A stretch of 64,000 nucleotides of DNA from Chrysomallon squamiferum. Taxonomy: Eukaryota > Animalia > Mollusca. Shown here one piece after another: positions 1 to 11,555 of this stretch. The position numbers and the translations under genes were made by a program. The stretch is taken from contig CM022667.1 in NCBI GenBank assembly GCA_012295275.1, forward strand, positions 17,546,001 through 17,610,000, given 5' to 3'. Every line of letters begins with the position of its first letter. The first letter of the stretch is position 1. The notes beneath the pieces are model-generated. The model worked only from the letters and a program-made list of their open reading frames with translations, was not told the origin of the DNA and searched no databases.

Positions 1-709
1 CAGTTTTCCAAACAGTGTCCTTCTTGTGGAACTCACATACAGGTATTGTAATATTATACCTGCAGAATAATGATTAGTGTGTTTAATTTCTACTTTTATT
101 TTACATAACTTAAGAATGTTGTTTGAGCAAAATACTTCATTGTCATTATGTTATTGTTTGGGTTAGTTTGTCATTGTTGTTAATAATAAAGATATAAGTT
201 TATAACAATAAAATAATCCACCTGTTATGTCAAGACATATGATACACTTTGTCTTGTGCTGTTGACCAGACACTTGACAAGTGTTTGTGAATATTCTGCC
301 ACTGACACAAAAAGTTGACTCAGATATCACAGGATGTGGGAAGGGTGTCTTGGATTTGCCAGCCATCTCTCTCTGTATTGATATTGTCATCACCTTCATA
401 TTAATATTAGTAATGACTGCTTATTTTTATTTGTATTTTTATAAAACTAAGTTTTTCTGTATTAAATAAAATTTATGTTGGTTTTTATCTTTATATTTTC
501 TACAGAAGATTGATGGATGTAACAAGATGACTTGTACCAAATGTAGAAATTATTTCTGCTGGATTTGTGAGAAGTCACTGTCCAGGACAAATCCTTACAA
601 TCATTTCAGTGATGCAAGAAATGAGTGTTTTAACAGACTGTTTGAAGGAATAGATCAGAATGAATTTGATGATTTGGAAGAAGACGATGTAGACATTTTA
701 TTAGATTAA
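1..709 (+). CDS. RNF14: RBR E3 ubiquitin ligase RNF14, last two coding exons (5'-partial)
   Basis: Exons <1..42 (QFSKQCPSCGTHIQ|gt) and 506..709 (ag|KIDGCNKMTCTKCRNYFCWICEKSLSRTNPYNHF...FNRLF, acidic tail, TAA). RING2 motif CPxC..IxKxDGCNKMxC..C..FCWxC followed by the RNF14-type SLSRxNPYxHF..CFNRLF tail. Confidence 0.93.
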
Positions 710-3249
710 AAAAATCACGGAGAAAATGTTTTTTGTGATAGTTTTGAAGGTGAATTTATCTTGGTTACAGTAAAATAAGGTATTTTTTGGTTACTGGGAT
801 TTTTTTTAAATATATATTTTTAGTTATTATTATTATTCATTGTTTAATTTATTTTTCATTATATATTTTATTATTTATTTTATTATTATTTTATATATTT
901 ATTATTATTTTATTATTATTTTATATATTTATATATATATATATATAAATATATGTATATATATATATATATATTAATCTTTTTTATTATATTACATATT
1001 TATTTATTTTTATTTTTTATTTTTTTGCATTAAAAATATAGTTTCTTTATAGATGTGTGTGTGTGAGTGTGTGTTATTACTTATATGAAATCATGAAAAG
1101 AAACCCTGAAAGTGAAACAGGTTGAAAAGGCATTATTTCAGAAAATAAATATTTCTTCAATTTGTTCCGTTTACTGAAAATGTTGTCTTCATTTTTAAAG
1201 CCCCATTTTTTGTTTTTTTAACAATTTCCAGCCTCTTCAAATTATTTGTTGTACTTAAGATTAAAAACTGTCAGTGTTTACCAAAATTGAGTTAATCCAA
1301 AATGTACGTTTTCCTTAATTTGTAGAAAACCATATTCTTTATTGTGTTTGATTTGATTTCTGGTTTTCCTTTTAAATAAGATTCATTATTAATATTTATT
1401 TATCATACATTTTGTTTAATATTGTCTTTATCACTCAATATATAATTATTTTCCTTAATTACATGTTTCTTTCTGAATTTATTTCAAGTATCTGAAATGA
1501 AGGTAAATAAATATTATTAAAATAATGATAAAACAAGAATAAAAGAAAAACAAATATGCACTTAAGTAACATTTCTGGCCTCCATTTAATTATAACAAAC
1601 TATAATTAAATATACAGTAAATGTTTTTAACATTTATTTATAATTTGTTACTGCATGTATACATATATGAAGTAAATACATAAAATAATTGTTTGATGCC
1701 ATATTTATTTTATACTACTGTAATATGATAAAATATTTGTATTTGCTATATCAGAATCTGTCATGACCACTTATTTCAGTATATTACAACACATCAATGT
1801 TACAGACTACAGTACTTTGTAGCCAAGTAACTAGCTACGTTTAAAAAAAATTGGTAACAGAAGGTGTTAACAAATGTAAAGGTGAATGTACGTAAATGAC
1901 AAGCAGTAGGTTAATCTGGCATACATTAATTAAAATGGTGTCAACAATAAGATGCCCTCCAAAATATGTTGCTAGGTACAATGTAAGCTTAACAAAAAGA
2001 AATAAGAAATGGAAAATAATTAAATGTAACAAGGTTATATAATTTTTGTACAAGTGAAAGTGAAATGGAGTTATATCAAAGCCATTTTTCTTTTATCTAG
2101 TGTATAGACCAAAGAATTAAAAAATATATACATGTGTTTGAAATTTTCAAAATTGTTCTCAAACATAATAACAGAAAAATAATAATAATTAAATAAAAGA
2201 CAAATAATAAGAATAATCAAATGTAGTTAGAGTTTAAAATCTGGGTATACAGCTATAACTGCAGTGAATAAAGTTAGTTACTTGTTTTTACAGATCTCCT
2301 CAGACTGCGGAAATTGCATTGTTATGTTTTGTTTTTTAATTCACAAAAGATACAGATGTGGATCTTTAGTTACAGAAATTCATTCAGTAAGCTGCAACAT
2401 AAATATTTCTATAATAAAGTGTATTATCTGCAGTTCCAAACTAAATTGATATTTTTGCAATGTAGAAGGCTGCTTAGTTTTTAAACATTTCACTTAAAGT
2501 CAAATTTTATCTTGGTTTTAGTTAAGTTAAACCGACTATTTACAAAAATACCTCTAGATATTTTTATACTATGAGCTGTGGGCACAGAATCCTGTAGCAC
2601 ATTTTAATTAATTTTATCAGATTTTTTACTGATGTTTATAAGAGATTTTTTTTTTTTCTTTTTTAACTTATAAGAGATTTAAAAAAAAATCTTTTTTTTT
2701 TTCTTAAGTTCTGCTGATGTTCTTTACAGATATCCCAATAAAAAGTTTGAGCCAGATATATATTTAATTTCAGAGACATACAGCATCCTATTGTTTCAAA
2801 CATTTTTAATCAAATTTCCTCTCTTCTGTTCTCATTTTTGTAATCCTCAAGAAAATTTTCAGCTACTACTCTAAATTTCCTACTAGTGTTGTTTTGGGGT
2901 TTGTTCGTTACATATGTATATGAGGGGGTTCATTTGTATTCATTTATTTTCATTTTTATGCCTTGATTTAGTTGGTATGGCCAATAGAGAATCCACAAAA
3001 AAAAAATTAAATGAATCAAAATTTATGGACAGATGTTCACAATTAAGTAAATGCATGTGCATGCCTGCACAAAACAATATAAATCATCAGTATCGTTTTC
3101 CTTTCTTTCCTAATTTTTTTAAATTTTTGTTAAAATATTTGTTTGAATCTTATCTTCACTGGTTATTTTACTTTCTAATTTGCTTAAAAAATAGATGAAT
3201 ATAATCATGCAACACTTGATAATGTACAGTATTTATTTAAATAATAAAG

Positions 3250-5755
3250 TCAGCATATCCACTTAAAATAGTTTCTCCATCTGGTTTTTATCCATGCACT
3301 CATTTGATACTGTCCCTGAAATTAAGTAAGGAAGTAAGTAACTAAGTAAGTATAGTAAAGTAAATAAGTAAGCAAGAAAGCAAACAAAGAAACAAACATA
3401 GAAACCCTGAATCTGTTAAAGAAGTTGCTTAACCACTATGAGATGATCTGACTAAATTGTATTTATTCAAGTATTACCAGTATGTTTAAATTATAATTAC
3501 ATATGATGAAGTCTGTTTAAATTATAACATTTCTGATATGAAACTGCTTTAAGTATAATTAGGTATGTTAAATTGATAATAGAAAGATAAATAAATGTCA
3601 AAATATTTGCTATTCCATTTCCTTTCTTTTTTTTGTTTTAAGTTGATGTGTTTTGTTGTTGTTTTTTTCTCCTAAATTTAACAATTTTCCAACATCAAGT
3701 TAAAAAAAAAAAAAAAAAATTAAATACCACATTTTGTTTTTCTCAGAAATACTAAGAAAGTATAGAGCTTTTCAATATCCACATAATACTACTTCGTTTT
3801 CTCGTTTCCACAGCATTAATATTCATGCTTACGAAAATCACGAAGCTTTTGGCGCGATTCAAAAACGTCAAGAAATATGTTATCAGACATGTAAATTTAG
3901 ACCACTGCAAATATTAACTGATAAACCAATAAATAAATAAATGAACTGTTCTATTTTATTCCATGAACGTAGACAATTATTTATTTCTAGATAGTTCGAT
4001 ATTTACTTTTTCTTTCACCGTTTCACAGTCAGTAAAAATAAACTGTTTTCGATTATTCTACAGTCTGAAACAAAACTCACCTTTGGTAAATAGTTTGGTA
4101 TCTTTTTGTCGTCAGTATATTTCTTTTGCCCTTTTTCTATTGGACAGTAAAATTCTCTCTCTTGATCGTCATTTTCAACGGTACACAAATCCCAATGGTT
4201 GTCATAGAGATCGTTACCATTGTATTTGACGTCGATATAAAATTCGCTCCCCTCCACAAGGTCTTCATCTAGCATAAGTAAGAAACATTTTTTGTTACTG
4301 TTGTTGTTGTTATTATTATTGAGGCTGAGGTTTCAGCGCTTACGTTTCTGAAATTTGAAACACGTTTAAATGAGTTGCCAATACTAAGTTTCGACAGCCT
4401 TTGCTGACGTTCCTTCTAACTGACGACTCTATCGATGAAGAAAGTTAAGATGACTTCTCGTCAGACTAATGACTGTCTGTTCGATAAAGAAATGTAAGCA
4501 AGATGAGACCAAATGAAACTTTTTCAGTGATATTCACGACGTTCTCCTTGCTCAGGCTTGTTTTCCTCCCTTGAGCCTTAATAATTTACTGACAACTTGT
4601 TTACTACAAACAAAACAGACTGCAACTGAAATACACAACGCTTTCAAAGGTCAAAACAAAACAAAAAACATTAAAATTATTTTTTAAAACCGCAAAATAA
4701 TCATTAATTCTCACGAATATGTAGTCTGATTTTAAAAAGTTGGAGTTATCTGGCTGATAGGCAAATTAGTGTCTGCAGAATCACAGAACAAAATCAAGTT
4801 TAAATATTTTCCTTTCAATATATATATATATCCTGAAATTAGTAAAACGATATTACTAGATAAAGTCTCGCTGCTCTTGTCTTTCTAATCTTTCAGGATA
4901 AAGTTGATACCTTAAGGCGTAACCATTATTCCTAACGATACAAATATATGACAACCATTTATACAAATACATACATCCACATATATATATATATACACAC
5001 ACACATACAAAAACACACACACAAAACAAACGTATGACACTCAAATTTTATAAAGTGCTTCTTTATATTTTGTTTTCTTCCGAAATCTTTATTGTTAGCA
5101 AAAATCAGTTTCAAGGATAGTTTAATAAAGTTATTAAATACACCTTACCCAGTGTGAAGTTTATGTATATCCTTGCTTTAACACCGCCATAAACGTCATC
5201 TTTCACCATGATAACCGTTCCCAGGGTTTGCTGTGTGTTTGTGTCTGAAAAGATCACTTGGTTTCAAAATGACAAACAAAGAGCATCTGCGTGAGGTTGT
5301 TATTAACAAAAGTTTGTATGTTCAAAAACAATACATGGAAATGTTAACCTTTTACTTATTTCTTTCTTTTTGTTTGCTAATTTATATAATTATATATACT
5401 TACCGCATTTATTAAACACTTCTCCAATGGAAACAAAGTTATTTTCCAGTAGAAACTTTTCCCATTTCGGTTTTCCTTTGTCGGGAATTGTTCGCCCAGT
5501 CACTTCAGCCACGTGGTCGTCTGTATCCATTCCCTCAGCAGTAACAGCTTTCCTCTGCCCGCTAGAAAACCGCCGTCTGCTGTTCATGCGCATAAGTTCA
5601 TCTGGCGGCGGGTGTTTGAAATAAGAAAAATAAATAAGAACGAAAAACGAAATAATGAATGAAGTTGTGATACAACATAGCGTTCGTCTTCCGACCATTT
5701 TACAACAGCTGGGCTCGATATGTGATCGTTCTGGAGATGATTTCGATTTTCCCAT
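3250..5755 (-). CDS. Type II membrane-anchored ML (MD-2-related lipid recognition / NPC2-like) domain protein
   Basis: Exons 5755..5404, 5244..5149, 4268..4081, 3315..3250; all GT-AG, intron phases 1,1,0. Hydrophobic anchor near the N-terminus (CCITTSFIISFFVLIYFSYF), then VFNKC...IYINFTLDEDLVEGSEFYIDVKYNG...DLC...CPIEKG...IPNYLPKGQYQMSAW, which matches the DLC/CPIxxG/IPxxxPxGxY pattern of ML domains. The last exon may be frameshifted (alternative stop at 3237). Confidence 0.75.
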
Positions 5756-6083
5756 AGGTCACCGGTTATTTGTCAAAGGGTTTTGGTTATCAACAGTCAG
5801 GAGTTTTCCAGTGATCCTGTTGTCACCATTTCTTAATATCTTAAACAATGTGTCCATCAGGCGGGTTTGTGAACAATGTATACCAATGTCTGTAATGAGG
5901 TTTATCGAATTTATGATAATACTTACGAGTGCGTTTCAAAGTCATCTTTAAAATTAGATGGGCCTTTATCGGGATAAGATACTACTGAAATTTAAAATGA
6001 TAATAGATAACTTAAATATCAATTAATATATACCTAAACAAGGCCCTGTATATTCATGATCTCCAGGGTATCTTAAAGGTAGC

Positions 6084-6086
<3 letters not shown>

Positions 6087-6164
<78 letters not shown>
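6087..6164. repeat. (CT)n microsatellite
   Basis: Pure TC dinucleotide run. Confidence 0.97.
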
Positions 6165-6166
<2 letters not shown>

Positions 6167-6172
6167 CACACA

Positions 6173-6830
6173 CAGTGGTACCTTGACTTTCGAGTTTAAT
6201 TCGTTCCGAGCTCGTATATTAAATAAGATTTCCGAAATGAAATTAATTGAAATACCATTAATACCATTCCAGCTCCCCCCAAAAATCCCAATTTTTTTGT
6301 AACGTGTTTTTAAATAAGAAAAGTGTATGTACAAATGACAAATATTGTATCAAAATAAAATAAAAGAGAATGTAAAGAAATAAATTGGTTTCGTAAAGTG
6401 TACAAGGTTAGAATTTTTCCATCTTTCCATGGACAAAGGTCCGCAGCATGGAAATTATTTTAACGCCTTTGGCTGGAGTTGTAGCGTTTATCGACTCCTT
6501 CTGTTTCAGCATTGTACTACATCGTACTGACCAACCATGTTGACTGCACGCACACCTCGCTCATATTTTTTTATATTATTTCATGCTTTAATTCAATGGA
6601 CATCATCCGCTTCTTCTTCTCAGCACTGCCCTTTGCACTCACTTTCTTAGGATCATGGAAATTTGTCAAAATACTGCACAAAACGCCAGCACACAACAAC
6701 AGAGATGCTTCCACGGCAAGGTAACCACGTGAAGCAAACGAGTGAGACGCGAGGTGCCGGGCGAACGTTGTGTAGTTCGTTGCGCCAACTAGCGGCGGCG
6801 TTTCTGAATCTCCCTCGTAACTCGGATATA
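6173..6830 (-). mobile_element. Degenerate Tigger/pogo-family DNA transposon fragment
   Basis: Tigger-like terminus CAGTGGTACCTTGACTTTCGAGTTTAATTCGTTCC at 6173. Minus strand ~6655-6445 reads PKKVSAKGSAEKKKRMMSIELKHEII*KKYERGVRAV...LKQKESINATTPAKGVKIIS, a CENP-B-type HTH N-terminus of a Tigger transposase with a stop and frameshifts. Right boundary approximate. Confidence 0.8.
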
Positions 6831-7499
6831 TATAACCATGTATAAATCTCACTTTTTCTTTTTCCTTAGTTTTCGCTCACTTTAATAATTGCTCACTTAT
6901 GTCCTTGCATATATCAGTTATACTCATTCCCTCACTGACATACAGTAGACACTGCACAAGTATACATACACATATATACACACGACACTAGCTTGCTACA
7001 AGAAATTTGTGATATTGGATAAACTGCAATGAAGTTTGTTGACTACTTATTTTTATCGGTCAGTCGTTGACCTGTAAGAGACAGACTGATTCCAATCATG
7101 AAACTTGATCAGTCATATCAATTCTAAGCTACTTTAAATTTATTTGTCATTTCTTTTTAAATGACACTGTGGCTACGTTGCCTCAGGAATTAATATAAGT
7201 AAGAGCGTACGTTTGAGTAAAATGAACTCTTTTTTAATCTGTGAATTTTGCAGTTGCATTATTTTTATTAAATATCTTTGTTTATTTATCATTACGTGTA
7301 TTTGTTCTCATTAGATATCAATATTTAACCAATGTATTCATAGTAAACATTTTTCTATTTTTATTATATATATTTATCAAACGTTATCATTTCAGTGTTT
7401 TTATTATTATTATTATTATTACTTTTGCTTCGTACTGTGTACCAGCCACCGAGTTTTTGTCAAATCCGGCTCAGGCGTTTCAGCACAACACACACACAC

Positions 7500-7610
<111 letters not shown>

Positions 7611-7832
7611 ACATACATCTCACATACAAGCTAAATCTGTACTAAAAATTACACTTATGTAATTTTCAACATGTAAAATTAACGGAATTGATTAAAATAG
7701 TTGCGATCAGTATAATTCGCTTTTTTGCGATTTGCAGCTTTTAGATAGATAGCTAAATAGATAGATAGATAGAAATACTTGGTGTTCCAAACATATGTTT
7801 TTTAACATTGTATTTTTTCATTTGGTATTCAC

Positions 7833-8060
7833 GTACGTCAGTGGTTAGATCAGCAGTTTCCAGGTGGGTGGATTGGTCAGCGTCGTCCTGTAGAATGGCC
7901 TCCCGGATCTCACGACCTTACCCCACTTGATTTTTACCTTTAGGGGCACCTGAAGGCCATGGTGTATCAGGAAAAGTTACAAAACATAAATCATCTCAAG
8001 CAATGTATCACTAATGCCAATACAAGGATAACTCCAGCTGTGCTTGAACATGTTCTTCAG
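7833..8060 (+). mobile_element. Tc1/mariner-superfamily transposase C-terminal remnant
   Basis: Translates VRQWLDQQFPGGWIGQRRPVEWPPGSHDLTPLDFYL*GHLKAMVYQEKLQNINHLKQCITNA, a decayed WIGRxGPxxWPPRSPDLTPLDFFLWGxLKxxVY motif with an in-frame stop. Confidence 0.88.
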
Positions 8061-8565
8061 TGGAGGGCATGCACTGAGCCTTGAGGAGGGGACGGTAAAA
8101 TTTATTTAGCCTATGGGCGGCAAGCACATTAAAATCCAACCCTGCTTGCTCTTCTTCGGTTGTTGTTTGTTCTTTTTCTTATTACTGTTATTAATATTAC
8201 TATTATCCAGTGGACATAAAATCACATACCACACTTTTGATTCAAATGTCTTGAATGAATGTTTAACGAAACCCTAGAACTGAAGTAGGTAGGCTGCTGG
8301 GTGTCAGCCAGATGTATGAATATATTAATATAAACCTAAATAGCAAATCATATAAATATTTCAAACGTTCGAAAGCACAGTTAAAGATCTGTGCAAAATA
8401 CAATTATCACATTTAAAAAGTACAAATATGACAACATGCAGCATTTTTATTCAGTGAAACAAATATAATCAAAGAACTAAATTACTATTTTTTGACAGTA
8501 AACAATTCGAAGTGAACGAAAATATTAATAGCACTTAATAATCCGATGTTATTAAAACTGGTTCA

Positions 8566-8677
8566 AGGATTTCCCTATCCTGAGGCATATCTGTCAAAAA
8601 TAATAAACAAAAGTAATTTCACATAATTTAAATGCTAATCTAGGTGGGTTTTTTTCTCCCGCCAATTACTATATAAA
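8566..8677 (+). promoter_or_regulatory. Core promoter of the peptide precursor gene: kappaB-like site, CCAAT, TATA box
   Basis: AGGATTTCCC at 8566-8575 (reverse complement GGGAAATCCT), CCAAT at 8662, TATATAAA at 8670-8677, about 65 nt before the ATG at 8740. Confidence 0.55.
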
Positions 8678-8739
8678 CCGAACAGTCTTACAGACTTATT
8701 TGTTTTTGTACTTTACGCCACAAGGAAAAGAGCATCAAC

Positions 8740-9518
8740 ATGAACAATCTTGTAGTCTGCTTTGGGCTTTTTCTTACAGTTCTCGGTAAGTTCGTTTAGT
8801 TATTGTTTTGTTCGTTTATATGTATTTTTGCTTTGTAGCTTGGAATCATTTATTTATTTGTTAATCCTTTTCTTTTTTCAGCATTCTCCTTATTTTATTA
8901 CTGTGCTATATGATGTATGGACATGCTCTCTCTCTCTCTCTCGCTCTCTCTTGTATTAATGTAGGTTTGCATGTGTGTGTGTGAGTGTGCGTATGTATTG
9001 CGTGTGGGTGAGAGCGGATGGTAGTTGTAGTAGTAATAGCTGTTGTTGTTGTTCTAGTAATAGTGGTAGAAGCAACAGCAGTAGGCAGTACCCATGGAAG
9101 GGGACCCAGCCGGTACTTTGTTTCGTGTCTAAAAGCTCAGAGTTTACATATAGATTTACTGGACCTCAGATCCTCAATTGTGAGAAAAAGCTTTGCCTGC
9201 CTGAGCCCCAAAGGGGTCTTGTACCGCCTTGCAAACTTTCTCTTGGAGAACCTGGTAGTAGAAGTAGTAGTTTTAGTTACTGTGGTAGTGGTGATACAAA
9301 TTTTGTCTACTTTTTATATTTCAGTTTTCGTATCACATCATCAGTCAGCTGGTTACAGTATTCAACCTTTTAACGGAGGCTCAGATGTTCCTCACGGCAG
9401 AGGCAAAAGAGACGTTGATGATAAAGCTGAAGACAATGATGTCGTGAGACGTAAGAGATATGTCTATCGACCTCGGTGGAACTACATTGACGTTGATCAT
9501 GGCAGAGGCAGACGATGA
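8740..9518 (+). CDS. Small secreted prepropeptide (79 aa) yielding two C-amidated 16-mer peptides; neuropeptide- or antimicrobial-peptide-like
   Basis: Exon 8740..8785 (MNNLVVCFGLFLTVL+G|gtaag) and exon 9325..9518 (ttcag|), phase 1, 240 nt in total. Product MNNLVVCFGLFLTVLVFVSHHQSAG-YSIQPFNGGSDVPHGR-GKR-DVDDKAEDNDVV-RRKR-YVYRPRWNYIDVDHGR-GRR*. TATA upstream, AATAAA near 9615. Confidence 0.85.
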
Positions 9519-10528
9519 GCAAGAATGATTTCTGACAAGAAGCGGGACATCGATAGCACAAGAAAATGGAACCAAACCGATTATAAATTTAAAAATTATA
9601 AAAATCAAAATTAAATAAATAAAAGAAAAGAAATGTGATCGTGTATTGTATTATATATCCGACAGAAACTTTTTGTTTTCAAAGACAATGCCACTGGTGG
9701 AATGAATAAAAAAAACAATATATATATATATATATATACACATAAATAATAATAATAAAAGAAAGAAATTTCAAATGTAAGAAAAGACAAAAAATTTGTA
9801 TAAGATATAATGATACAGGTTAATGAAATGCGAGAAATGAAAAAAATAAAATAAATACGTAAATATAGAAATGAATGAGAACAAAGAAACTGACTGGATA
9901 AAACGAATCATAGAAAAATAGAAACTACCTCAGAGGAATCTAGGGCCTAGAACTCGGAACTGTGTAAATATTTAAAATAAAGAAAATATAAAAGGAAAAG
10001 AAAACAAACAAGATTTACTAGTTCTGAAACTAAACAAAACAAGATGAGTAACTTCTCCATGCAAATACAGAAATAACAAACATGCAAAGTAATAATAGTA
10101 ACAACAACAGTATTATAATTTTATTATTATTATTATTATTAATATTGTTATTATTATTGTTATTGTTATTGTTGTTGTTGTTGTTGTTGTTAGTAGTAAT
10201 ATAGTAGCAGCTGTAATGGAAATAAGAGTTTTGATAATTGTTTTCGAACAAACCGATCATGAGAAAAAATACACTGTAATGTCAAAGTGGTTCCTAATGT
10301 TGAAGATAATTTTAGTCGCTATGAAAGAAAGCATAATATATACAAACAGAAAAATAATTTTCTCTAATTCCTCAAATTAAACATTAATGTAGATGGGTTT
10401 TTTTGTTTGTTTTTTATTTGCGCTTTTGGATCTCAGTAATTTTGGTGGAGGTTTTTTATTAGATATTTTTAAAAAGATATTTATTTAGTTATTAATTATT
10501 TTCTGTTTAATAAAGTATTTGTACAAAT

Positions 10529-10615
10529 CACTTAATTTTCTGATATTACTGGTTCAAGGATTTTCCCATCCTGAGGCTTATCTTTCAAACAAGTAAACGA
10601 AAGTAATTTAACATA
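10529..10615 (+). repeat. Diverged duplicate of the peptide-gene upstream region (copy of ~8532-8625)
   Basis: ACTGGTTCAAGGATTTTCCCATCCTGAGGCTTATCTTTCAAACAAGTAAACGAAAGTAATTTAACATA versus ACTGGTTCAAGGATTTCCCTATCCTGAGGCATATCTGTCAAAAATAATAAACAAAAGTAATTTCACATA. Confidence 0.85.
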
Positions 10616-11019
10616 CGAATCTAATTATGCGCTGTCCTAATTATTGTTATTATTACTACTGATGACCCTGAAGTCAGTTATGTCTTTTGTCGCAACGATG
10701 ACGGTAGACTTCAAACGGTAACCTTAGACATAAACGAATTCATTCAGTAGATATCGTTTCCATCGGAACAGAGATTTATATTTTAAATTTTCTAAATAAA
10801 ATCTTTAAATAAAAAAAAAAAAAAAATCAAAGGCGGTATGAGGCATTTGCCTCATTGTAGTTATGGCCATGAACTGTATAGCGATCTGTGATACAAGCAT
10901 AATATAAATAAACTATCTGAGCATTCAGAATATATTTTATTCGTCAATGAACAACATAATTGTTAATAAATTATCAAAATTAGAACATCTTAGAAAAAGA
11001 AAAGAAAATCAAGAACGGC

Positions 11020-11171
11020 TCAAGATTCAAAAGACGCTCTCAGTATGCGATCAGACATTGGCTGAGTTGGCCGGTAGTTGTTAACCATCATTCCGTCGTC
11101 TCCACTTCGAGGCTGCTCGCCCTTGACGATAGTACGTAGTCTCCGGAAATCTTCGAGCTAAGCATTGATAA

Positions 11172-11213
<42 letters not shown>

Positions 11214-11242
11214 GTAGTAATAATAATAGTAGTAGTAGTAGT

Positions 11243-11280
<38 letters not shown>

Positions 11281-11497
11281 CAGTAATAATTAAATAAATA
11301 GTAATAATAATAATAAATATTTTAACTTGGAATGCAGTGAGAGAAAGCAAGACATGAATGGATTTTGACTCGAAAAACCGTAATATCTTGAACTGAACAT
11401 GTAAATTTGTTTTAATCTCTAACTAAACCAAAGAGTAAAACGCTTGACTTTGACACTAATAAACACATACAAAATAAAGAAAGAAAGAACGAAAGAA

Positions 11498-11555
<58 letters not shown>

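Noticed and set aside
163-469. Short ORFs on both strands in the RNF14 intron
   Set aside because: No recognisable motifs or supporting splice signals.
4380-4480. CTGACGA...GAAA motifs suggesting a hammerhead ribozyme or Penelope end
   Set aside because: Stems I-III could not be formed on either strand.
9018-9324. 5' part of the 166-aa ORF 9018..9518
   Set aside because: Read-through of intronic (GTA)n-rich DNA. The real exon starts at the acceptor at 9325 and the signal peptide comes from exon 8740-8785.
11081-11350. ORF ending [12 protein letters not shown] as a second peptide precursor
   Set aside because: It is the wrong frame of the last CA8 exon preceded by trinucleotide repeats.
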